From positions 96,001-160,000 of the forward strand of contig CAVPBK010000011.1 in the NCBI GenBank assembly GCA_963701855.1: a stretch of 64,000 nucleotides of DNA. The letters run 5' to 3'. This document shows, in pieces, positions 19,369-28,109 of this stretch; position 1 is the first letter of the stretch; each line of letters begins with the position of its first letter. The notes beneath the pieces were generated by a model. That model saw nothing but the letters and a program-made list of their open reading frames with translations, had not been told where the DNA came from and ran no database searches. The position numbers were made by a program, and so were the translations under genes. The DNA is from Nitrospirota bacterium (lineage in GTDB: Bacteria; Nitrospirota; Nitrospiria; Nitrospirales; Nitrospiraceae).

Positions 19369-19764
19369 TGGATGTAGCCTACTCCCGGCAAGTAGAACGG
19401 CACAAGTAGCTGCAGACGCCAGATGCGCATCCTCAGCCATTCCTTTTGAGAAACGATTGCGAGATTGGAAAGGCGTCGCTCCGGCTAATGGCAATACTCG
19501 GGTTATCGATTGCGATGCAATCGGAAGCAGGACGGATGAAAAATATCTGCCAAGTCGGTGGGTGGGTAAGAAAGTCGCGCGGAGTGGGACCAAGCATGAG
19601 AGGCTTTGTCGGCAGATTGGGGCAAGGATGGCTGCAATTTTCTGTCCAAACTCTTAGTGTGGTAGTACAATTGGAGCGGTTTAGCAGGCTGCGGAAAAAC
19701 TCAGCTAATACGAAACGCACGGTTGAAATACTCTCATATGGTGCTGGAGGCCTGAATTGCCTCA

Positions 19765-19925
19765 GGATGCTCAAAAGGCCATCCAGCAAAGCCGCAGCAA
19801 CTTATCATTTTATAAGGGGTGGCTGGGATGATTCCAACTGCGCGCGTCCAACGAGGGCCTTCTGTGGCTGCGCGTTGCGCGAGCACGGGGATCGTTCCAG
19901 CCATCCCGCCCATTTTTCAGCATCC
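19765..19925. mobile_element. MITE-like element C (A/B-type ends, opposite orientation)
   Basis: GGATGCTCAAAAGG ... TTTTTCAGCATCC; an extra related end tagcaggctgcggaaaaa lies at about 19682. Confidence 0.7.
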
Positions 19926-20053
19926 AGCTGGAGGCCGCAACGGATAGGCTCCGTACGCATGCGTCGTTAGGGCTGAACAGCCGAACGAATTGGTCGCGAC
20001 CATCCGAGGATTTCTTGGTACGCAAGAGTCATCGATAGAGAGAAGGAGACAGC

Positions 20054-20398
20054 ATGACCGAGTTCATCTTGCGAAAGGGTCAACGGCTCAAGACATTTGC
20101 GACGATGCGCTACTTTGGGGACGGGGTTGCTGGTGAAGGAATCATCAAAGATCTTTCGCTGAACGGGAGTTACATTACCGGGAACAGGCCGGTCTCCATC
20201 GGGATGGTGCTCGCCCTACATATTTTTGTGCCGGGAGAGGCCACGCTGTTACTGATTGAACGCGCCACCGTGAAATGGGTCAAGAGGGCTGATTTCGGGG
20301 TGGACTTCGACACGCACGAGCCGAAGGTGGCCGAGCATATCACACGGGTCATCTCCAAGCTGGTCAAGACACAACATGGCTCATCCCGTGATGAATAA
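20054..20398 (+). CDS. PilZ domain protein
   Basis: RKGQR and DLSLNG c-di-GMP motifs, VKWV...FGVDF. Confidence 0.85.
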   Translation: MTEFILRKGQRLKTFATMRYFGDGVAGEGIIKDLSLNGSYITGNRPVSIGMVLALHIFVPGEATLLLIERATVKWVKRADFGVDFDTHEPKVAEHITRVISKLVKTQHGSSRDE

Positions 20399-20593
20399 GA
20401 AAACCTGGCAAATGTATTGCTCCACTTGTGCCCTCCTTGCTCGCAGAACGCACACGATAACACGGTGCTCATCCGATGCGCGCAGTCGAGGGCAGTCTTG
20501 GTCGCTCCCTTAGAGAGAGTAACGAGAATTGGAAGGCCTGTGCACGATGCGCGTAGTGGAAGATGAATCGGACCACTCCTGCATGCGCAGTGA

Positions 20594-20965
20594 TTATTTC
20601 GACTCGCGAACCGGGAGTAGCCGGCGCACCGGGCCTGTGGGTTTATTCTGATACCGTGCGACAAACATCTCTCCCGCGGTGCGGGCATGATCCTCGGCAT
20701 CCTCTCGCGTTGAAAAACGCGCCTCCCCCACCTGCCACCACTGGCTCGCACTCACGCTCTCCCCTAACAACTCCGTGACCGACACCCTCAGCGCCTTCGC
20801 CAATCGCACCAGCGTGCTAAGCGTCGGGTCGTGCTCCCCTTGCTCCAGCTTGGTCACATAGAATGAGACTAGCCCTGCTTTCACCGCGAGCTGTTCGGGC
20901 GTCAGACCCCGGCGAGTTCGCAGTCGCTGGAGCTGTTTACCGAAACGTTGAATCGCACGCATCAC
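20594..20965 (-). CDS. XRE-family HTH transcriptional regulator
   Basis: LQRLRTRRGLTPEQLA...KLEQGEHDPTLSTLVRLAKAL. Confidence 0.85.
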   Translation of the reverse strand: MMRAIQRFGKQLQRLRTRRGLTPEQLAVKAGLVSFYVTKLEQGEHDPTLSTLVRLAKALRVSVTELLGESVSASQWWQVGEARFSTREDAEDHARTAGEMFVARYQNKPTGPVRRLLPVRESK

Positions 20966-21075
20966 ACCTCCGGTACGAATGCAGGAGACAACGGGGTGAG
21001 TCTACACCGCCGGCAGAGAAAAAGAGATGGAGCCTGATGATCTTCTGTGCTCGTGCAACGCGCGGCGTCCACAGA

Positions 21076-21156
21076 GGAAGGTTAAGGTTGCGGCTCAGGT
21101 TGAGCACTGACCACTTCGACTCGGCGTTTGTTCAACCCTTAACCTAAGCCTTGGCC
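21076..21156. repeat. Hexamer (AGGTTG/CCTCAA-type) palindromic repeat
   Basis: aaggttaaggttgcggctcaggttgag ... tcaacccttaacctaagcctt. Confidence 0.6.
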
Positions 21157-21309
21157 TTCCAATAAGACACGCGCAGTGGAAGATCAATCAGCCCCCACCC
21201 CCAGAAAGGGAACGAGCGACAAAAAAAGATTCTCGACCCCTTTGATGTCCCCGAATTCGGCTGAGACAGACCACCCGCGCGTGGGGTTGACGAAAAGTCA
21301 TCCTGCCGG

Positions 21310-21672
21310 CTAATGCGCCAAATCGTCTCGAACGGCATCGAGTAATTTCCCCACATCTAAGGGCTTTTGAAACGTCTGACGCGTACCCAACAGCTTGGCC
21401 GCGTCGAGCCAACCCTGGCTCCCTCGACCACCGGACATGGCGATGACGTTGACGTTAGGACATTTCCTGGTCAGCTCTAATAACATGTCAAGGCCGTTCA
21501 TCTCCGGCATGACCATATCGGTAATGATCAAGTCCGCTGGTCGCTTCCGATACAACTCAAGACCAAGACGACCGTTAGCCGCTTCAAAGACTTCGTGGCC
21601 GTCCCCTTCCAGCGAATCACGGAGGAGCGCCCGTATTGGTTCCTGATCATCAACGACGAGTATGGTTGCCAT
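21310..21672 (-). CDS. Single-domain response regulator (CheY-like receiver)
   Basis: ILVVDD, ITDMVMPEMNG, SG, KP; AGGAGG SD. Confidence 0.92.
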   Translation of the reverse strand: MATILVVDDQEPIRALLRDSLEGDGHEVFEAANGRLGLELYRKRPADLIITDMVMPEMNGLDMLLELTRKCPNVNVIAMSGGRGSQGWLDAAKLLGTRQTFQKPLDVGKLLDAVRDDLAH

Positions 21673-22069
21673 CTGAGCACCTCCTTAATTCTCCGCTGTG
21701 ACTTCCTGGTTCGGGGGACAGGTCCACTAGAGTGAAGCGTAGAGGACGCCTTGGAAACGGGGCAGACCACAAGGAAGTAACTCCGAAGAGGGGAAAGTAC
21801 AGTCAAGATTTTTATAGACACTCGTTGTTTCAGGGCTTTGTGGTCAGGCGCGTGCCGCTGTAAGTGACGCCCGATAAGTCTTGGCGCAGCTGGCCGAGCC
21901 GTCTTCTCCCTGCACTCCTCTGTTTCTGCCAGAAGAATGATGGCAGAGTATGGTAGCTGTTTTCAGATCGTGAAGTAGCTGGACATCTGGATCACACAGC
22001 CCGAAGAGCACGGGCCTGCCATATATCTGGCCGGGGAGGTTGAGAGGGCATAGCGTGAACAGAGAACCG

Positions 22070-22160
22070 AACTTGTTTGTCTCATATATCTGAACTATTG
22101 GGTCTGTCTTGTTGGCCGGCCAGGCAAATCAACCAGAGAATCAGACAGGCCAGAGAGACC
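22070..22160. repeat. 9-nt-period palindromic repeat, copy 5
   Basis: tgggtctgtcttgttggccgg ... caaccagagaatcagacaggccagagagacc, similar to 37696-37800. Confidence 0.65.
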
Positions 22161-22164
22161 GGCG

Positions 22165-22253
22165 GGATTCGCGCTCAGCTTGCCGAGATCTTCCGTGTGG
22201 ACGGTACGAGGAAGGGTCGGTAACAGGAGCAGAAGGGAGAAGACAACCTACAT
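22165..22253 (-). pseudogene. 5' remnant of the NPY-repeat gene at 23621-24052
   Basis: Translates M*VVFSLLLLLPTLPRTVHTEDLGKLSANP versus MWVVFLLLLLLLPLPLPVHAEDLGELSANP; upstream DNA is also homologous. Confidence 0.8.
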
Positions 22254-22388
22254 GGTGAGTCTCTGACAAACGGAACAATCCGTGGGTACAGTTACTCCCT
22301 GCCTCAAGATGAGCGCAAAGGGTCGGAAAGTATTCCTGACACCGTACTGTCTTCCCAAATGAATTGAGGAAAGAACGCCTATTCTTCT

Positions 22389-23531
22389 TCACTCACATTG
22401 CACGAACTGAGTTTCCCGGCAGCGCCGCGCCATCTCCTGCGCCTGCTCAATCTGTTCGGCGGTCATGTCTGAGGCCAGAGTGGTTTGATTCCTGATAGCA
22501 GTCTTCACATCATCGCCTCTCGACCCTGGGATCGCAAGGGTGAGCCACATGTACGCGCGGATCACATCCTTCGGCAGGCCCTGCCCATTGGCATACAACA
22601 CGCCGAGATTGCTCTGCGCCCGTGCATGTCCCTGTTGCGCCGCCCGACGATACCACCGCGCGGCCTCTTTATAACTCTGCGACACCCCCTGCCCGTTGTC
22701 ATACCTCACACCAAGATTGAACTGCGCCGATACATCCCCCTGCTCAGCCGCGCGCCGGTACCACAAGACGGCCTCCTCATAGTTCCGCGCCACGCCTTGT
22801 CCATTGGCATACAGTACACCCAGCTGAAACTGTGCCAGCGCATCTCCCAGGTCAGCCGCCCGCCGGTACCATTGTATGGCCAGGCGATAGTCCTTCGGTA
22901 GGCCCTGCCCGCGGGCATACAACAAGCCCAAATGGCTCTGCGCCCGCGCATGTCCTTGGTCAGCCGCCTGCTGGTACCACTGAATTGCCTCCTCGTAGCT
23001 CTGCGGCACGCCTTGTCCATTGGCATACAGCACACCCAGCTGAAACTGTGCTGGCGCATGTCTTTGATCAGCTGCCCGCCGATACCACCGCCCGGCCTCT
23101 TCATAACTCTGCGACACCCCCTGCCCGCCGACATACAGCATACCCAGCTGGAACTGTGCCGCAGCGACTCTCTGGTCAGCCGCCCGCCGGTACCACTGCC
23201 CGGCCTCTTCATAACTCTGCGACACCCCCTGCCCGCCGACATACAGCATACCCAGCTGGAACTGTGCCGCAGCATCTCCCTGTTCCGCTGCCCGCCGATA
23301 CCACCGTCCAGCCATCTCATAATTCTGCAGAACGCCCTGCCCGTTGGCATAGAGCACACCCAGAAAACTCTGTGCCCCGGCATGTCCCTGTTCAGCCAGA
23401 GGACGGAAGAGTCGCGCCGCAAGGTCATAGTTATCACGATGAACCGCAGAGACGGCATCTGTATAGGAATCGGCCCCCGAGACGGTCGCAGAAGCCGCAA
23501 CCAAGAACAGGGCAAAGAGAACTCCCCGCAT
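22389..23531 (-). CDS. Secreted Sel1-like repeat protein
   Basis: About 8 repeats of AQFQLGVLYANGQGVxQxYEEAxxWYRRAAxQG after a signal peptide; alternative start at 23609. Confidence 0.92.
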   Translation of the reverse strand: MRGVLFALFLVAASATVSGADSYTDAVSAVHRDNYDLAARLFRPLAEQGHAGAQSFLGVLYANGQGVLQNYEMAGRWYRRAAEQGDAAAQFQLGMLYVGGQGVSQSYEEAGQWYRRAADQRVAAAQFQLGMLYVGGQGVSQSYEEAGRWYRRAADQRHAPAQFQLGVLYANGQGVPQSYEEAIQWYQQAADQGHARAQSHLGLLYARGQGLPKDYRLAIQWYRRAADLGDALAQFQLGVLYANGQGVARNYEEAVLWYRRAAEQGDVSAQFNLGVRYDNGQGVSQSYKEAARWYRRAAQQGHARAQSNLGVLYANGQGLPKDVIRAYMWLTLAIPGSRGDDVKTAIRNQTTLASDMTAEQIEQAQEMARRCRETQFVQCE

Positions 23532-23620
23532 CAATGAGCTGCCTTTCAACATACCCACAGCATCAACAGCCGGAGCGCCGCAAAAGGGACAGGTGAAGGA
23601 GTATTCCACGACAGCCGAAC

Positions 23621-24052
23621 CTATCGACCTTCAATTCGCAGGCCGCGGCCATAAGGATTGGTGGGACTACTGGGGCTATAGGGATTTCCGTCGCCGTAGG
23701 GATTCTTGATCGAGTCCGGCGAGAACGGAGAGCCGTAGCGGCCGTAGGGGTTACTCGTCGAATCAGGATCATACGGGTTCGCGCTCAGCTTACCGCGATA
23801 GTTTCCCTGTTGATCGTAGAGCCTTGGAGCGTCAGTCGCATAGGGATTCGTGGCCGATTGATTGCTGAAGGGACTGCCGTAGGGACTGAAGGGATTGTTG
23901 ATGCCGTCCGGCTTGAAGGGACTTCCAGCTCCGAATGGATTGGACGTGGAATCGGGATTGTAAGGATTCGCGCTCAGTTCGCCGAGGTCTTCCGCATGGA
24001 CGGGGAGAGGCAGTGGCAGCAGCAGGAGCAACAGAAGGAAGACAACCCACAT
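23621..24052 (-). CDS. Secreted low-complexity protein with SANPY/NPYG repeats
   Basis: Signal peptide, repeated LSANPYxPDSTSNP motif. Confidence 0.8.
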   Translation of the reverse strand: MWVVFLLLLLLLPLPLPVHAEDLGELSANPYNPDSTSNPFGAGSPFKPDGINNPFSPYGSPFSNQSATNPYATDAPRLYDQQGNYRGKLSANPYDPDSTSNPYGRYGSPFSPDSIKNPYGDGNPYSPSSPTNPYGRGLRIEGR

Positions 24053-24468
24053 GGCGAGTCTCCGACAAGCGGAAGAACTAGTGAGCTCAGCCTACTCCCC
24101 AACTGGAGATCAGCGCAAGGTGGCTAGAAACTGTTCCTGACACCGTTTCCTTCTCCGAACGTCCGGTCGAGGCACTTGTCACGAAAAACTGATATTGTAA
24201 CGTCGAGGGTTTTGCCGGCAGACGACATCGAGAACGGAACTGGTGGTTTACTGAATGGCAGGGATCCCGCTCCCGCACCATAGACTAGGAGGTGCCGTAT
24301 GGATCTATTTGATAAGTCTAGACGGGACATGGCGGACGAAGTCAATAAATCGGTCAAGTGGGTCGTGTTAGTCGCCATCTTCGGACTCATGTTGATGACG
24401 TTGTATATCATGGTCACGTGAGCCCGGCCAGGGAATGGATGTGTGGAAGAAGCAAAACGGGAAAGGAG

Positions 24469-24858
24469 TTATAGCGGTTCCTGAAGCTGGAGCGGAGCGT
24501 ACTTTCGATCTTTCGGCAGCGTGAATTTGAAATGCCAATCCTGTTGCCCACCTTCTGGTGCGACGCGGAACGAGCCTTCTGCGGCGAGATGCTCGCCTGA
24601 TTTGGACTTACCCTCCGGATAGAACTTGAACTGCAAATGTCCCTGTTGATTTCCTTTTACATCACCGGAGTCGAGCTTTCCCATGATTTCGATGTGGTCT
24701 TCAAGTCTATCGAATGCTTGGTTGAGAAGTGAACGGAGGAGACTCGTGGTCAACCCCTGTTGGAAGGGTGCCTCCGGGTCGAACGGTTCAACCTCAGCGG
24801 CCCACACCGGACCTGCCGCACACACCAAGAAAAATGCTATCGCGACAGCACGTACCAT
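24469..24858 (-). CDS. Hypothetical exported protein
   Basis: Signal peptide MVRAVAIAFFLVCAAGPVWA. Confidence 0.7.
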   Translation of the reverse strand: MVRAVAIAFFLVCAAGPVWAAEVEPFDPEAPFQQGLTTSLLRSLLNQAFDRLEDHIEIMGKLDSGDVKGNQQGHLQFKFYPEGKSKSGEHLAAEGSFRVAPEGGQQDWHFKFTLPKDRKYAPLQLQEPL

Positions 24859-25195
24859 GCGATCACTCTATTACCCAAACCCTGCGCCGTCAAGGGCTCG
24901 CCTCCTGAATTTCCGTATTGCTCCATACTGCTTACCGCGAGGGACGCGGCAAGGAATTCACAGCGACAAAGGACCCGGTCCCATAAAGTAGCCTATCCCC
25001 GTTTCTTCCCGCTCACAATGTCCAGCAGTCTTTGTGAATACGTCGGACACTTAGAGGTAGAGGCCGAGGAGCCCCAGCGGAAGCAAAAACATGGTAGTGA
25101 GGAGGATAATCATGCTGACTCAACCTTATCGTCCGTCAACACCACGATGATCGGATATCGACGGACGTAAAGCGCAGTGTCTTGGGAGTGAAAGC

Positions 25196-25753
25196 TTACG
25201 CCTTCTCCTTCACCGTCAGATCGTTCTTCACCGACTTCACGCCGGGAACCTGCCAGACAGTCCAAGACGCTTGGGCACTGGTCATCAGGCTCGACACTTC
25301 ACCGCTCAACGCCACCACGCCCGCATTGGTCTGGGCATGGATACCGGCATCCTTCAAATAGGAGTCTTTCGCGATCTGCGCATTGACCCGTGTCGTAATT
25401 GAGGCATCTTTGTCATCGATCGCCTCGCGTTTGGCAGGGGCGACGACTTGGAGCTCGTTCTTCACCGTCTTGACACCGTCGATCCCTTTGGCGATCCCTT
25501 CGGCCGCCTGTTTCGCCTCATCAGAATCAACCTTGCCACGGATGATCACCGAGCCCTGGGAGGTCTCGACATTGATCTCGCTCCCTTTGACCCGGGCATC
25601 GGCAAACAGCGCAATCTTGGTCTTCGCCGTCATCCATGTGTCATTGATCGGCGTCTTCTCGTCGGCCTTGCTGACCGCGTGGGCCGAACCGGTGATGAGT
25701 GCTCCACCGATAACCAGAGCCGTGCAGAGTGTCAGTACATAGCGTGTGTTCAT
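25196..25753 (-). CDS. BON domain (OsmY-like) periplasmic protein
   Basis: Two BON domains (INVETSQGSV...GVKTVKNEL; GVKSVKNDL), signal peptide. Confidence 0.9.
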   Translation of the reverse strand: MNTRYVLTLCTALVIGGALITGSAHAVSKADEKTPINDTWMTAKTKIALFADARVKGSEINVETSQGSVIIRGKVDSDEAKQAAEGIAKGIDGVKTVKNELQVVAPAKREAIDDKDASITTRVNAQIAKDSYLKDAGIHAQTNAGVVALSGEVSSLMTSAQASWTVWQVPGVKSVKNDLTVKEKA

Positions 25754-25816
25754 AGTCTTCTCCTTAACCGACATGTAAAAGTGTCTTGTCAAACGTCTAT
25801 CGCGGGTGGAATCCAC

Positions 25817-26047
25817 TCAGCGAGACTTCTTCTCCACGACTTTCGGCGCGGCAGGCTTCGCATGCCACGCGTCCGCCCACTTCATCAGCTCGACCTTTTT
25901 CCCGGCATACCGTTCTTGAACTTTGCCGATAAATTTCTCGATGTTTCCTTCAATCTGCTTCAAGTCATCATCGGTAAACTCGCCCCACTGCTGTTTCAAG
26001 TCGCCTTTGAAATGGGTCCATTGTCCTTTGAGTTGTTCCGCATTCAT
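25817..26047 (-). CDS. CsbD family stress protein
   Basis: KGQW...KQQWGEFTDDDL...GKVQERY. Confidence 0.9.
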   Translation of the reverse strand: MNAEQLKGQWTHFKGDLKQQWGEFTDDDLKQIEGNIEKFIGKVQERYAGKKVELMKWADAWHAKPAAPKVVEKKSR

Positions 26048-26104
26048 TGCATCGCCCTCCTTATGTGAAACATCGATACCTCAGCGTCACCGTGCAGCTT
26101 CCGG

Positions 26105-26272
26105 TCATGCAGCCCGAGCGGAGCGCCCTGTGATGAGATGGATCGCAACCAACACGATCCCGACCAAGAACAGCACCCAGGAAATCTGAACCGCAACCGC
26201 AGACACCCCGGCAAGATTCAGGGCGCCGGCAATCACACCGACCACCAGGAACACCAGTGCGTAGTAGAGCAT
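26105..26272 (-). CDS. DUF1328 (UPF0391) small membrane protein
   Basis: Manual translation MLYYALVFLVVGVIAGALNLAGVSAVAVQISWVLFLVGIVLVAIHLITGRSARAA (55 aa); AAGGAG SD. Confidence 0.88.
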   Translation of the reverse strand: MLYYALVFLVVGVIAGALNLAGVSAVAVQISWVLFLVGIVLVAIHLITGRSARAA

Positions 26273-26778
26273 GGCTCACTCCTTTCTATGGAATGCGAGC
26301 GTGAGTCGAATAGTCCTCTGAAGCATGGCCGGCGCCCTGGCTGCCTCCATCAGCAGACCACGACACAACGGCATTCAGCCGTTCAGAGCAACTCTGACAA
26401 CGAAACGGAGGAGACTGGAGAATCGGTCACGCCCGGAAGGATCAGGAAGCGCAAGAGATGGGACAGTCAGCGAGCTTCATACCTCGCAACATCACCTTGG
26501 GCGCAATGAGTACAGGAGTCAAGCAATATAAATGCGGACCTGGATAGATCAATGACAACACTGGCTTGCACATATCGCGTCAGCCTTTCCTGGCCTAGCG
26601 CATGGCCTCCAGGCGTTCCTCATTCATCGACCTCTTGTCATCATGTGTGATGGGTTTCACCGGGGAACCGTTTGAGCGCATCTCCTGCTTCGCGGTGGAA
26701 GGATCGCTGGAGAACGCGCAGCCAGTCGCGATGAGCAAGAGCCGTCACAATAGACATGGGCTCCCTTGATCTAATCAG

Positions 26779-26955
26779 CTACTCGAGACACTTGGCCTCG
26801 AACTCAGCCAGGGCATCGTCTTCGACGGTGTAACGGATTTCGAGGGGGTTGCAGCAGACCTCACAGTCTTCGACATAGCTGTGCCGGTGAACCGAGAGGT
26901 CCAGGACCATCGAGATCTCTTCGCCGCAAAATGGACAGGTGAAGGAGTGTTCCAC
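26779..26955 (-). CDS. CPXCG-motif cysteine-rich small protein
   Basis: Manual translation from GTG: MEHSFTCPFCGEEISMVLDLSVHRHSYVEDCEVCCNPLEIRY... (58 aa). Confidence 0.85.
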   Translation of the reverse strand: MEHSFTCPFCGEEISMVLDLSVHRHSYVEDCEVCCNPLEIRYTVEDDALAEFEAKCLE

Positions 26956-27015
26956 GACACTAATACGCTACCGCAAACCCCTCTCGCATAACAAATGGAG
27001 CGGGAAGAACGGCCC

Positions 27016-27762
27016 TTATGCTTTATTCAATGCGCGTGTGAACAGCTCCAGCACCATGCCGTAACAGATCCTGGCTGCAGCCGGATCGTAGCGGGGACCT
27101 TCGTCGCGAAGAAAGGCGTGTGCGGCGTTGAACTCATGCCATTGGAAATACACACCGGCATCACTCAGCGCGTTGTAGATCAGCGCCCGTCCCTCTCGGG
27201 GAATGTGTGGATCCTGCCTGCCCCAGATCATCAGCAGCTCGCCCGTGATCTCGCCGATCCGGTCCAGGCTGTTGTCGTGCATGCCCGCTCCCAGGCTGCG
27301 CTTGTGGATGTCGGTCGCGTAGCAACAGGTGGCGGCCAGCACGTCAGGCTGCATCGCCGCACGAAACGCCAAATGTCCCCCAAGACAAATCCCCATCGCG
27401 CCCAGCTTGCCCGTGCAATGCGGTGAGGACGTGAGAAAGTCCAGCGCCGCGCGCGCGTCGGCATCGTAGCTCGACAATGTCTTGGTGATCTTGTGCCGGT
27501 TGCCGCGCTCCGCGCCGGCCTCGTCATAGGCCAACACCGTTCCGGCCGGCTCCAGCTCGTGATAAATCTCCGGAACCGCCACCACAAATCCGTGGCTTGC
27601 CAACATCGCCGCAGCGCGTCGGATGGGCCCCGTCACCTGGAAGATCTCCGAAAACAGCAGCAGGCCCGGATACCGCCCCTCAGCCACCGGACGAAAGAGG
27701 TACGTGCGCATGGGCCCAGTGGACGTGTGGATATCAACCGACTCGGTATCTTTAATAATCAT
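27016..27762 (-). CDS. Dienelactone hydrolase family protein
   Basis: SEIFQ, GICLGG nucleophile elbow, HAFLRDEG. Confidence 0.92.
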   Translation of the reverse strand: MIIKDTESVDIHTSTGPMRTYLFRPVAEGRYPGLLLFSEIFQVTGPIRRAAAMLASHGFVVAVPEIYHELEPAGTVLAYDEAGAERGNRHKITKTLSSYDADARAALDFLTSSPHCTGKLGAMGICLGGHLAFRAAMQPDVLAATCCYATDIHKRSLGAGMHDNSLDRIGEITGELLMIWGRQDPHIPREGRALIYNALSDAGVYFQWHEFNAAHAFLRDEGPRYDPAAARICYGMVLELFTRALNKA

Positions 27763-27826
27763 CCCGTTCTCTATTGAGCCCCTACAAAGTGCGGACGCCG
27801 AACACAGACCTTGCTATACTGTGTCG

Positions 27827-28027
27827 ATGCTCAAACGTTCTCTGAACAGAACCAATCCCTGTCTTGTCGATCCGGCAAAACGCCATGCCATGTTTCGGAT
27901 GACCGTCTACACCTCCACAGATATTGAAGGCGTCAAACTCACCCCGTCCGACCTGCTTGCTGGAACGAGAGCCGCGCGCCGCATTACTTCCCGTGAATCT
28001 GCAAAGTCCTCTCGATCACCACGATAA
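27827..28027 (+). CDS. Small hypothetical protein
   Basis: 66-aa ORF MLKRSLNRTNP... with a TGCTATACT extended -10-like motif just upstream. Confidence 0.4.
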   Translation: MLKRSLNRTNPCLVDPAKRHAMFRMTVYTSTDIEGVKLTPSDLLAGTRAARRITSRESAKSSRSPR

Positions 28028-28109
28028 ATTGTTTCGTCATTGGTTCGTAATTGCAGGCTAGGCCAGCGCGAACTGCGGCAAAATACTCCTGCCGCATTCG
28101 ACCTGCCTA

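Noticed and set aside
22706..23596. Long repetitive alternative-frame ORFs
   Set aside because: By-products of the Sel1 DNA repeats
26061..26279. 72-aa ORF in the track (likewise 26775-26960)
   Set aside because: Wrong frames; the real genes are DUF1328 (26105-26272) and CPXCG (26779-26955)
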